Virus record (IMG/VR): IMGVR_UViG_3300009553_000019
Span: 64,001-128,000 of that record
Reading direction: 5' to 3' (one strand)
Source of the DNA: a virus
Length of the DNA stretch: 64,000 nt
Under the pieces are notes generated by a model. That model did not search any database. It saw only the letters and a list, made by a program, of their open reading frames with translations, and was not told the DNA's origin. This document shows, in pieces, positions 48,930-58,215 of this stretch (position 1 is its first letter; the number at the start of each line of letters is the position of its first letter). Position numbers and translations under genes: made by a program.

Positions 48930-49687
48930 TGAGCGAAACTAGTTTCAAAATTCGAAATCTGTCAGGAGGGATCCTTACCTTCGAACTTATGCCAATGGAG
49001 CCAGTTCCTGAAGGTACTCCACAGTGGAGAGTTAAACGCTTAGCCAGATCAGGCATCCATTTCAAGATGGGAGTTGGGGCTGTCGTTGATCTGATGGCTC
49101 CTCCTTGGAATCTTGAATGGGAAAATGCTGTCAACCAACCTAACGTTCAGTCATACATGAATCGTGGATGGCTGAAGCACGAACCAGACGAGGTTGAGAC
49201 TGAATCAGGTGAAGAGAATCAAGAGTATCTTCCAACACTTGAGGAGTTTGTAGCTGCTGGATACAAGGCTGAAAATTACGAAACCTTTATTCAGAATCGG
49301 TCTAAACCTTCTTCAGAAGAGCCAAGCAATACTATTAACAGTGAGGTTGAACCTATTGTTAATGACGGGTCTACAGAGACTACTGAAGAAGATTCTGATG
49401 AGGATGCAGATCAGGTAGGATCTAGCCAGACTGAGTCGATTAGCTCTGATCCCGTTGAGAAATCTTCAGAAGAGATCTCTAATGAACCTGAAGATGAATC
49501 AAATGACCCATCTCCAGAAGCAGATCCAGAAGAGTTGCTTTCCATAAAAGGAATCGGAAAAGCAATGAAAGCTAAGATTCAGAAGAAGTACAATATCGAC
49601 ACTGTCTCAGCTCTTAAGGCTGCTATTGCTGATGGGACAGTTACAGAGACTTCTTTAATCTCTTTGTTCCCTCCTTCTGAAGGTTGA
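48926..49687 (+). CDS. acidic protein with C-terminal helix-hairpin-helix
   Basis: LLSIKGIGKAMKAKI HhH; PTLEEFVAAGY motif; acidic linker. Confidence 0.65.
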   Translation: MMSETSFKIRNLSGGILTFELMPMEPVPEGTPQWRVKRLARSGIHFKMGVGAVVDLMAPPWNLEWENAVNQPNVQSYMNRGWLKHEPDEVETESGEENQEYLPTLEEFVAAGYKAENYETFIQNRSKPSSEEPSNTINSEVEPIVNDGSTETTEEDSDEDADQVGSSQTESISSDPVEKSSEEISNEPEDESNDPSPEADPEELLSIKGIGKAMKAKIQKKYNIDTVSALKAAIADGTVTETSLISLFPPSEG

Positions 49688-49767
49688 TGGATTTACAACG
49701 TAATAGTTGAGGCGGTAAACTATATTGAGAGACTGACTCTCAAAACCTGCAAAGGAAAAAATCTACC

Positions 49768-50388
49768 ATGAAAACGACGATAAAAACTCTTCTTCCAATC
49801 CTGCTGCTACTTGCTCTGTTCTGCACACCACGAACTGCCTCCGCCCAAACGTGGTGTTTCCGATACATGTCCAGCGAGTATTTCGAGTTCCATACGCTGA
49901 ACCAATGGTCGGTTTGGAACAACTCATTTGGTAGCGTAGCGGAAAGCACTCGGATGAGTTACCCGGCTGGAGGAACGTCGGCGTCTTTTTACATCTCTCA
50001 GTTTGATCCACCAGAAGCGTTCATCGTGATCGACCACCCGTACGATGCTCATTTTGGTGCCCCACAACAAGCTTCCCACCAGGTTGGATGTCCATTCGAT
50101 TTCATCAAGCCAGTTGGTAAACCTAAATACTGCGCGATGGCAGCTTACGTCCATGCTGACTCCCATGTGAAGGGAAGCATCCAGATGTTGGACTCGAACT
50201 ACTTCTATCAGTATGTAGAGAGTTTCGATATACCACCAACCCCAGCCGGTCAGTGGCACTTCGTTGGGACACCAGCGATACAAAACTGCACTCAGAATAT
50301 GATCGCTCGAGTCGAATTGGACAAGCCAGGCGAATATCAGGAAAACCGCGCGTACGTCGATTTCGTCTCCGTCACTTGGTGGTATTGA
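49768..50388 (+). CDS. secreted protein
   Basis: Sec signal peptide MKTTIKTLLPILLLLALF..ASA; aromatic-rich beta domain. Confidence 0.7.
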   Translation: MKTTIKTLLPILLLLALFCTPRTASAQTWCFRYMSSEYFEFHTLNQWSVWNNSFGSVAESTRMSYPAGGTSASFYISQFDPPEAFIVIDHPYDAHFGAPQQASHQVGCPFDFIKPVGKPKYCAMAAYVHADSHVKGSIQMLDSNYFYQYVESFDIPPTPAGQWHFVGTPAIQNCTQNMIARVELDKPGEYQENRAYVDFVSVTWWY

Positions 50389-50409
50389 GTTCAGATTACT
50401 CTTTCAATT

Positions 50410-50685
50410 ATGAAACTCATACCAACACTACTGTTGCTAGTTGGCTGCTCTGGTTCAATCGACGAAACCAGATCCTACGCTGGCAGCCCATTTGAATCTA
50501 GCAACCATTCTACTCCCATTGAAAACATCACGTGTACCACTTCCGTTTTGGACGATGACTGCTCGATAGAACAAAGCGTCGTCCGTTGTACTAGCGAGAT
50601 CGAACGACCCGACACTCAGTACTGCACTGGACCGATCGATCGACCTAACCAAATAATTGGTCGTGTTTGGTGCTGTGATCGATGA
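50410..50685 (+). CDS. Cys-rich lipoprotein
   Basis: Lipobox LVGC after a hydrophobic stretch; terminal WCC. Confidence 0.7.
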   Translation: MKLIPTLLLLVGCSGSIDETRSYAGSPFESSNHSTPIENITCTTSVLDDDCSIEQSVVRCTSEIERPDTQYCTGPIDRPNQIIGRVWCCDR

Positions 50686-52187
50686 TTGAAGATCACTTCT
50701 CAAACCGTTCACTGAAGATTCTAGCATTTAAGACTAGAGTTTCAGTGAGGATTGGAAGTGGCAAGCTTTACTGTGAAGTAGCTAACAGCCCAGTGGAATC
50801 GACCATCGGGCTGCAAAAGCATGCCTTGCTTAAGGATGGGCAAGGCATGCTTTTTCCCTTTACACCACCAAGGTACACAGAGTTTCATATGGGAAAGGTT
50901 GCATTTCCCATTGATATTGTGTTTATTGGTGCTGATCGTAAAGTTGCAAAGATTGTTGCTAACATCCAACCTGGAACAAAAGGGCATTGGGGCTGTAATA
51001 ACACTGCCTTTGTAGTTGAAGCTAAGGGTGGTTGGGCTGCTAACCACTCAGTAACTGAAGGTTTAATGGTAGAGCTTAACCCTTTTGAAGATGAAGATAA
51101 AGAGGGAGCTGCTACCTCCGATGTATTAAGAACCATCACTGAAGCATCAGTTAAAGCAGAGATCAATAGAGCTATCAGACTTGGTCAGATTCCTGCTTTA
51201 GATCGCTTTGCAAACTTATCAGATATTGATAAGAAGGTTGTAGCTGTTCATAGTCTTGATTCGGCTAAAAGCTTACTCTCTAAGTATGATGAGAACCCAG
51301 GTTTCTATAGGGTGATAATCTCTCGTATGATTCGAGAAGCTAGCAAGCACAGTCAGATCAAGCTAGATGATGTAATTCTGCCAATCCAGACTGGATATGA
51401 ATGTCCTTGCTGCAAGCATCCTAACTGTGACTTACATGGTAGAAGCCAAAAGGCAGCCCAACAGATTGTCTTGATGTTGACACCTGAACTCATGCAACAG
51501 CTTCAGTTAGGGATGGATCCCTTTCAGAGCATGAGTCCAAATGTTCAGTCTGCTTTTGAACGAATTAGCAAGCTGCTTGAAGCCAATGTGGATGATTCCA
51601 AGCTTGCTTCTGCTTGGAAAGAAGCTCAGGGAAGCTTAGATTTTTGGGAGCGTGATGCTCTTGTTAGATCTTTGCATGATAGCGGGTTTAAGAGAGCTAT
51701 TGGTTTGCTAAAGATTGCTCAAGAGCATGGAAAAGTTACTCTTACAGATCGTAGAAACCCTGGGGCAGTAAACCATATCTCTCCAGAGACTAAGTACAGT
51801 AGCAACCAGATTCCCGCAGATATTCCAGGTGTTGGAGATGCTGCTGACTTTTCTAACTGGGATCAATCAACTGGTTACGATCAGTCTAATCCACAGTTCT
51901 TAAATGAGGATGGGCCTGGATACCGGCCTGGTTCAAAGCAGGCTGGTGGCGGGATTCATCCAGGCGACCGAGTAAAAGTTACCCAAGCTGTTGATGGGTT
52001 ACAGGATGATGATGCTGGAGTCGCAGAAGAAGTCCAAGAAGGGGTTATCCTCGTTCGTTTAGACGGTGGAGAAACTCGATGGATTTCTGATAAAGTTCTT
52101 AGTGTTGAAAAGAGTAAAGATGACATCCTTTCGGACGATAAAGAAAAAGGCAAGTCGTCTGGTGGATGGCATGGGTGGGGTCATTAA
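50682..52187 (+). CDS. DUF192-domain mosaic protein with C-terminal SH3-like domain
   Basis: EVA..GL..GMLF.F..FHM..FPIDIVFI..VVE..GG. Confidence 0.75.
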   Translation: MIEDHFSNRSLKILAFKTRVSVRIGSGKLYCEVANSPVESTIGLQKHALLKDGQGMLFPFTPPRYTEFHMGKVAFPIDIVFIGADRKVAKIVANIQPGTKGHWGCNNTAFVVEAKGGWAANHSVTEGLMVELNPFEDEDKEGAATSDVLRTITEASVKAEINRAIRLGQIPALDRFANLSDIDKKVVAVHSLDSAKSLLSKYDENPGFYRVIISRMIREASKHSQIKLDDVILPIQTGYECPCCKHPNCDLHGRSQKAAQQIVLMLTPELMQQLQLGMDPFQSMSPNVQSAFERISKLLEANVDDSKLASAWKEAQGSLDFWERDALVRSLHDSGFKRAIGLLKIAQEHGKVTLTDRRNPGAVNHISPETKYSSNQIPADIPGVGDAADFSNWDQSTGYDQSNPQFLNEDGPGYRPGSKQAGGGIHPGDRVKVTQAVDGLQDDDAGVAEEVQEGVILVRLDGGETRWISDKVLSVEKSKDDILSDDKEKGKSSGGWHGWGH

Positions 52188-54796
52188 TGTCAACCAAAGC
52201 TAATGAAGCTGCTAGACAAGCTATTAGCAGATCAGCTAACAGTGCATGGGATTTCTCTAAAAATCAACTAGAGTCTTCTCAACCAAAGACGTTGAGAGCT
52301 GTAGTTGCAACTGCTATTGACAAGACTAGGAAGTTGTTAGCAACGTTTGAGATTCCAATTCCTCCAGATATACGCTATGCAAATATCAAGAGTACCAAAG
52401 TTGCTAACAAAGGCGGGCAACAGGTAGTAGAAGATGGTTGCGTAATGCTTGTAGCTAACTTCACAACTCTCAGTGGCGTTAGAAACAGTATAGATATCCC
52501 CGTTGAGATTCGTAATGGCCAGGTTGTAGATCCTGGTGTGATGATTCATGATGGCAGTCTAAAAGTGATTAGCCCCTCATCAATTTTGGACATAGTGAAG
52601 GCTGGAACCTTCAAGCAGTTTACAAGTCCTCGACATACTTTTTCAGCCCCAATGACTCATGATGAGCTACAGCGTTACCATCAGGTAGAGAAAAAGATGA
52701 ACATTCAGCCTAGAATCAACCCAGGTTTATTTTCTGCCTCTAAAAACGCTAGCTTACTAAGAGCTGCAGTAAAGGGTGAGGGAGCTCTTGAGCTTGCAAA
52801 ACAAGCTGATGAACAGCCCAGCGATTTTAGAGATATTGAAGACGGTGTTAGAGCTCTGCCAGATACTGAGACTCCACCTAAATGTCCAGATTGTGATTCG
52901 TTAACAGTTTTTGCTGACTATGACGATGATCAGTTCGAATGTGCTACCTGTGGTAAGGTTGGTAACATGGAGTCATTCTGTAAGCAAGCTAACCAGCCAG
53001 CTTCAGCATCACTCAAGCTAAAGAGTAGCCCACCAACTACTAAAGGTGATCGAATCTGGCTTGAAATTTCTTGGGATCCAGAACAGACTGAAGATATGTC
53101 TGTTGGCAATATCAAACAGCAGATTCGAAGCTATGTTTTGAGGCTTGCTAACAACAAAGAACATCGGGATCTAGGAACGATTTCTGGTAACAGCATCTTT
53201 GAAGAGCTTGATGTTACAAAGGGCAAGGCTACTGTCAGCTTCAAATCATCTGAAGTTGCTTCGCCACAAGATTCGAGTGCTAGGGTTGAAGGTTCAAAGC
53301 AAGCTAAGGCTCAGCCAATCACTCCACAAGAGATAAAGCCTGGGATGGACATCCTCATTGATGAGATGGGGCTGGGTGGGTATTGGACTCCACTTCATGT
53401 TACATCGATTGAACCCTACGGTGGTAGCTGGATTCTCAACCATGGCGAAACAATCATTGACGAACAAAGCTTGATTGTTAAGGACGCTAACAAAAAGGTT
53501 GCTGAAAGTTCAACTTGCGATTGTGGCGATGCTAAGTCTGAACATGAAAATGGCACTGACCATTGCAATGTTCCTGGTTGTGCTTGTCCAACGTTCAAAG
53601 CTGATGACGGTCCACATCATGAAGGTGCTAAGCAAGCTGCAATTGCCCCTAGCAATGATGATATGATCGACCCAGCCGAGAGAGATATTTCAGACGATTT
53701 CAAAGTTGGTGATGAAGTAAAGCTGGAAAAAGGGCAGTTGTTGAGAACTAGAGGTGGTGGTCAATCACAGCTAGAAAAGGGTGAAAAAGGTAAGGTTGTT
53801 GGAGATGTCTACGGAGATGGTGTCTCTCTAGAAGTTGAGTTTGAAGCTGGTACCTTCATTATTCCTAAGCAACACCTGAAGACTGCTGGTGGACCTGGTA
53901 GTGGCCGTAAGAAGAAAAATTCACCTGTTCAAGGCCCTGTTCAGAAAGATAAAGTACCTCAGAGTGATCCACCCCAGTCATCACCTGGTGTTTCGGATAA
54001 AGCATCTTTGAGTCCAGATTCTGCATATATGTTACAATGTATTAAGAACGTTAATTTTAGGGTTCCAGCTGATTCTAACTCACCAAGAATAAAAGAACTT
54101 GCAGCTAAAGGTCTCATTGAAGTAGACGATGATGGTTATTATAAAGCAGTGAGTGGTAACCAACCTTGGTGGGGAGTTGAACCAAGTGGTCCTGAAAAGT
54201 CTGATGAACCTTCTAATACTGTCCACCCACCTGATCCTGATTTTGTTCCAACACCTGCCAACCAAGGTGTGGACATGGGCGAGGCCTCTAGAGCTCATAG
54301 TGACGATGAGGGAGATGCATCCTATAATTTCTTTTCTAAGCATTTTCCTGTCGGGACACAAATTAGCCATCCAGATTATGGCACAGGTGTTGTTACAGAT
54401 ACAAAGCATAGGGGTCCAATCATTGATTGGAATGGTAGTGGTGAGCCAGAAACGCATGATTTAAATAGTCATGAAACACCTGAAGATATGGTAAACGAAA
54501 TGGGCGAATTTACTCTGCATCGTCCCCCACAAAACGGTGGTAATCCTAAACAAAGTAAAAAAACTGCCAGTAATGAGGCTGACGAAGCTGACGAGTACAA
54601 TCTGCCTGTAATGCCAGCTCCAGAAGAGCCAGAATTAAAACAGGCTGCCAGTATCCCTCAAATCATCAACGAACTGAAGAACTTGAGAGAAGCTGGCTAT
54701 CCCGTAATTGATGTTGTTATACGCGCTAAACACCAGTATGGCAAACTAGGTGAGCAGGCTTTGAAGATCGCGAAAGCTCAGGGAGTTTTACAATAA
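52187..54796 (+). CDS. large mosaic protein of small domains separated by KQA/KTA motifs
   Basis: Zn ribbon CPDC..CATC, two SH3/Tudor-like modules, CDCG..H..C..C.C, TAGGPGSGRKK; likely start MSTK at the TAATG junction. Confidence 0.6.
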   Translation: MSTKANEAARQAISRSANSAWDFSKNQLESSQPKTLRAVVATAIDKTRKLLATFEIPIPPDIRYANIKSTKVANKGGQQVVEDGCVMLVANFTTLSGVRNSIDIPVEIRNGQVVDPGVMIHDGSLKVISPSSILDIVKAGTFKQFTSPRHTFSAPMTHDELQRYHQVEKKMNIQPRINPGLFSASKNASLLRAAVKGEGALELAKQADEQPSDFRDIEDGVRALPDTETPPKCPDCDSLTVFADYDDDQFECATCGKVGNMESFCKQANQPASASLKLKSSPPTTKGDRIWLEISWDPEQTEDMSVGNIKQQIRSYVLRLANNKEHRDLGTISGNSIFEELDVTKGKATVSFKSSEVASPQDSSARVEGSKQAKAQPITPQEIKPGMDILIDEMGLGGYWTPLHVTSIEPYGGSWILNHGETIIDEQSLIVKDANKKVAESSTCDCGDAKSEHENGTDHCNVPGCACPTFKADDGPHHEGAKQAAIAPSNDDMIDPAERDISDDFKVGDEVKLEKGQLLRTRGGGQSQLEKGEKGKVVGDVYGDGVSLEVEFEAGTFIIPKQHLKTAGGPGSGRKKKNSPVQGPVQKDKVPQSDPPQSSPGVSDKASLSPDSAYMLQCIKNVNFRVPADSNSPRIKELAAKGLIEVDDDGYYKAVSGNQPWWGVEPSGPEKSDEPSNTVHPPDPDFVPTPANQGVDMGEASRAHSDDEGDASYNFFSKHFPVGTQISHPDYGTGVVTDTKHRGPIIDWNGSGEPETHDLNSHETPEDMVNEMGEFTLHRPPQNGGNPKQSKKTASNEADEADEYNLPVMPAPEEPELKQAASIPQIINELKNLREAGYPVIDVVIRAKHQYGKLGEQALKIAKAQGVLQ

Positions 54797-54802
54797 AGGT
54801 TC

Positions 54803-55222
54803 TTCTTTCTGCGTGGCAACGTAGCCACAGAAAGAGCATCAAATGGAGATTAACGAAAGAGTTCTCAAGGTTGGAGATCTGGTCATCTTTATCGATGAAC
54901 ACAGGCAATTTCATAACGCTTTAGTTACGATTTGGCATGGTTCAAAAGATGGGGACACTATCGGAGGTTATCGTGAGAAATGGACTGCCGCTGACGCAAT
55001 TCCATGTATCAATTTAGTCTTTACAACTGGATCAGAAGACAAGACTGATCCTTATGGAAGACAAATCGAACGAAAAACCTCTGTAGGTCATGGTTCAAAA
55101 CAAACTCCAGCAAACCTTGGAAACTGCTTCATCTGGCCTGATGAAGTTTAGTTAAAATCAACTTGGTCTTGATACCGATGAGGCGTCAATAAGGCTGAGG
55201 TTTCGATGCCACGCAGAAAGAA
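54803..55222. repeat. 16-bp perfect inverted repeat flanking the 102-aa ORF
   Basis: TTCTTTCTGCGTGGCA (54803-54818) / TGCCACGCAGAAAGAA (55207-55222). Confidence 0.9.
54843..55151 (+). CDS. hypothetical phage protein (SH3-like N-terminus)
   Basis: KVGDLVIFID..ALVT..CINLV..DPYGRQIER.TSV.H. Confidence 0.65.
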   Translation: MEINERVLKVGDLVIFIDEHRQFHNALVTIWHGSKDGDTIGGYREKWTAADAIPCINLVFTTGSEDKTDPYGRQIERKTSVGHGSKQTPANLGNCFIWPDEV

Positions 55223-55228
55223 AAAACA

Positions 55229-55468
55229 ATGAAAACTGTTAGAGCAAAGTTTATCTGTACTAAGTCTGAAGATCCTGGTCCTGCAGGACATAAGACAGTT
55301 ATCCTTCATCCTGTATACAGTACAGATCCAGAGTCAGAGAACAAGAGATTTTGGGATGCAACGCCAAATGGTGAATTGCGCATGTACCTGACAAACCCAA
55401 GTCTCAAAGATCATTTTCAGATTGGCAAACAGTACTACCTAGACATTATCGAGGCTGATAATGAATAA
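55229..55468 (+). CDS. small phage protein
   Basis: VRAKF.C..ENKRFWDATPNG..F.IGK.YYLD. Confidence 0.65.
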   Translation: MKTVRAKFICTKSEDPGPAGHKTVILHPVYSTDPESENKRFWDATPNGELRMYLTNPSLKDHFQIGKQYYLDIIEADNE

Positions 55469-56312
55469 GAAAGGTCCTGGAAAAGGTTCTGGCCAAGGGC
55501 AGCCACCAGCTAACCCATTGGGAGTCGGACTCAACGATCTCAAGATGATCAAGTCTGACTATCGTTGTAAGGTATGTCAGCTGGCGCATTGGGATTGGCC
55601 AATGTTTGTCAAAATCCACGAGATGCGGATTCTTGAGAAGAAGAGCTTTGAGGCTTTACGTTTGTACGTTTGGGAACGCATTGATAAGTACAATAGCGAT
55701 CCATCAAATGCTATTAAACGCGACAAGATGTCCGATACCTCGTTCACTGGACATTTCAAGAATCACGTTCCAGCCTCAGTTGAGGCTGCTAGCGCTATTC
55801 AAAAAGTGTTAGGAACTGGTAACCAAAACGGTGCTGATTCTGGTAACATGTTGGTTACCACTCTTCAGTATGCATTAAATGCTAACGTTGATGACTTTCA
55901 AGCATTCCATGGAATTGCTGAACGTCTGCTAGCTAGATTTAATCAGCTAGACAAGCAATTTGGTGTTGATAAGCCTCTTGAAGGAAAAGAGGTTCAAGAG
56001 TTTAAAGGCATTGCAGAATCAGCTGCCAAGCTTTATGAGGCATCAATTAAGATGCGAAATCAAGAGCGTTTGATGGCAACTGCAATCAGCTCTTGTCTTG
56101 ATGTCTATACAATGGGAGCATTGCAAGACATACTCAAGGGATTCGACGAGATTATGCTAGACATCAAGAGCGCTATTGCTAAGGGTGGAGCTGGCAATCC
56201 TGGTATGCCTGCAATTATTGAGCATCGATTCAAAACCATACTAGCTAATGCTATGACGGGTAATGCAAAAGTTGCACTTGATTCTGTGAAGCTTCAGTTT
56301 AAGATGGCGTAA
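55461..56312 (+). CDS. hypothetical protein with CxxC..HxxxH Zn motif and helical C-terminus
   Basis: CKVC..HFKNH. Confidence 0.55.
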   Translation: MNKKGPGKGSGQGQPPANPLGVGLNDLKMIKSDYRCKVCQLAHWDWPMFVKIHEMRILEKKSFEALRLYVWERIDKYNSDPSNAIKRDKMSDTSFTGHFKNHVPASVEAASAIQKVLGTGNQNGADSGNMLVTTLQYALNANVDDFQAFHGIAERLLARFNQLDKQFGVDKPLEGKEVQEFKGIAESAAKLYEASIKMRNQERLMATAISSCLDVYTMGALQDILKGFDEIMLDIKSAIAKGGAGNPGMPAIIEHRFKTILANAMTGNAKVALDSVKLQFKMA

Positions 56313-56921
56313 ATGACACGTGAACAGAAGCTACTCTTGTTTAAAGAGTATGCTCCAATGGCTAAGAGATTAGCCAAATCTTGGATGAAGCGACTTCCAA
56401 GTTCAATACAGATAGAAGATCTTGAATCAGCTGCTATGATGGGGCTTTGGGACGCTATCAATCGAAAAGGTGGCGTTGATTACCTAGAAAACCTAATAGC
56501 TGTCAGAATTAGGGGTTCAATTATCGATGAACTTAGACGGCAAGATTGGCTAAAAAGAAGACAGCGAACTTCTTACTTGAAGGGGAAGGGGATAAGATCT
56601 CTAACCCAGGTTGGTATATACGACCCAGCAGCGTTTGAAGACTTTGAAATAAATTCGAATCTTCAACTGTATCGTTTAGAATTTGAGCCTGACGCTGATG
56701 ACTTTAGTGAAGAGGTTAGGTTTCTATTTAGAGAAGCTGTCAAAGAGTTGCCAAAAAGAGAACAGCTTATCATTGGTGGTATTTTACAAGGTGATACACT
56801 AAAAACAATCTCAAAGAGATTGAAATTATCAGAACCAAGAATCTGCCAGCTAAAAACAAAGATACTAAAAAAGCTTCGAGATAGTCGACATCTCAAGACA
56901 TTGGTTAGAGACGATTTATAG
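56313..56921 (+). CDS. FliA/WhiG-like sigma factor
   Basis: EDLESAAMMGLWDA, RIRGSIIDELRRQDW, LPKREQ..TLK.I...L.LSEPRICQL. Confidence 0.9.
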   Translation: MTREQKLLLFKEYAPMAKRLAKSWMKRLPSSIQIEDLESAAMMGLWDAINRKGGVDYLENLIAVRIRGSIIDELRRQDWLKRRQRTSYLKGKGIRSLTQVGIYDPAAFEDFEINSNLQLYRLEFEPDADDFSEEVRFLFREAVKELPKREQLIIGGILQGDTLKTISKRLKLSEPRICQLKTKILKKLRDSRHLKTLVRDDL

Positions 56922-56966
56922 CGTCTAAGGTTGCTTTTTTTAGAAACCTTAGACGCTATTGTTTTG
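56918..56966 (+). terminator. Rho-independent terminator
   Basis: ATAGCGTCTAAGGTT / AACCTTAGACGCTAT 15-bp stem plus T-rich tail. Confidence 0.75.
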
Positions 56967-56988
56967 TTTGATTGGTAGAATCTGATAA

Positions 56989-57102
56989 GTGGTTAACATT
57001 AAGCGACTAGTCACTATCATCGTTAATGACCCAATCAACCCAGTGCTAATTGGACTGGTATTGGGAGCATTGTTTATGGTTTGTCTAGAGACGTTTCGTT
57101 GA
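56989..57102 (+). CDS. 37-aa single-TM peptide (not in ORF track)
   Basis: MVNIKRLVTIIVNDPINPVLIGLVLGALFMVCLETFR; GTG 7 nt after TGGTAGAAT. Confidence 0.4.
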   Translation: MVNIKRLVTIIVNDPINPVLIGLVLGALFMVCLETFR

Positions 57103-57182
57103 CCTTCTAAAGCTAAGTATCAAGCAGACTTTCAACTCTTTTTAAAGTCGGTTTTACCATGACTACGAAGTTGGGTATCTAA

Positions 57183-57476
57183 ATGTCTGAAGCAAGAAAA
57201 TCAACTGCAAGACTTTTTGGCTATGATGGAGAATCTGGTGATCCAGTCATCATGAGAAATCAAGATGGGGTTGAGTCGTTACAGATTGTTCAGGCAGTAG
57301 TTGACGGAGAGCCACTAACAAAAGAGTTTGTTAGCATCAAAGAAAGGGAAGGTGACCCTGATCTTTATGATGTAGAGACTATTTACGACCCAGCAAGAGA
57401 TGGACCAGCTATGGTTAATAGCCCTAGTTTTAAGTCTGGCTGGGATCGTACCTTTGGAAGGAATCAGTCTAACTGA
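57183..57476 (+). CDS. hypothetical protein
   Basis: 97-aa ORF ending GWDRTFG. Confidence 0.55.
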   Translation: MSEARKSTARLFGYDGESGDPVIMRNQDGVESLQIVQAVVDGEPLTKEFVSIKEREGDPDLYDVETIYDPARDGPAMVNSPSFKSGWDRTFGRNQSN

Positions 57477-57730
57477 TGGCTCACAATCAAGTTAGACATG
57501 TAGCCGTTTATCCCTGCGTTGTTTGTTCAACGATGCTTGAAGCTAGGGATGGAAACCAATGCTATGAATGTGGTGAGTGGTTGTGTCAAGAATGCAGAGA
57601 TTCTAAAAAGCATGTTTGTGAGCCAAAAGGTTTAACACCGAAATACTGGGATGGTCTTATGAAGCTTCTCAGAGAATCTCCAACTATAGTTGATACTACA
57701 TCTGATTTTGAAATAAAGGAACTGCCATGA
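57476..57730 (+). CDS. Cys-rich Zn-finger protein
   Basis: CVVC..CYEC..CQEC..HVC. Confidence 0.55.
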   Translation: MAHNQVRHVAVYPCVVCSTMLEARDGNQCYECGEWLCQECRDSKKHVCEPKGLTPKYWDGLMKLLRESPTIVDTTSDFEIKELP

Positions 57731-58215
57731 AATATGAGAAAGATTCGTTTTTAATCGTTAAGAAGCAAGTTGTCAGTGCTGGAATTTACACTGAAAGAAA
57801 GCTTTTGTATGCTAAGATTGGGGAGGATTTCGTTAGAGTAAATTTTGCTGAAATTTTGTCTACAAAAGTTGCAGCTGAACAGCGGCTTAAAGCCTCAACT
57901 GCAGGAAAATCTCTGGAAGAACGTTGGAAGGTTAGCTACCACTCCAATAGTATGGAGCCCATACTTGTCAAGTATAGACCATCCACTCGGAGATTTGTAG
58001 ACAGTAGGGGGTTTAAGGTAGCTTCTCAGTTGTTTCAAACAGAAGTTGAAGCTGCTCAAGCGCTACTGAACTATCAAGTTAGTAAATTCGATGAAGCACG
58101 ATACGAGATTAAGAAGTACTCAAAAGGTGTTACTGTTGCAAAAAGGAAATTAGATGTCGCAAAAAAGAAAGCTGCGAAAGTCAGTAATAAAGTCGTCAAA
58201 TCAGAGTCAGCTTAA
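57727..58215 (+). CDS. hypothetical basic protein
   Basis: ATGA-coupled 162-aa ORF. Confidence 0.55.
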   Translation: MKYEKDSFLIVKKQVVSAGIYTERKLLYAKIGEDFVRVNFAEILSTKVAAEQRLKASTAGKSLEERWKVSYHSNSMEPILVKYRPSTRRFVDSRGFKVASQLFQTEVEAAQALLNYQVSKFDEARYEIKKYSKGVTVAKRKLDVAKKKAAKVSNKVVKSESA

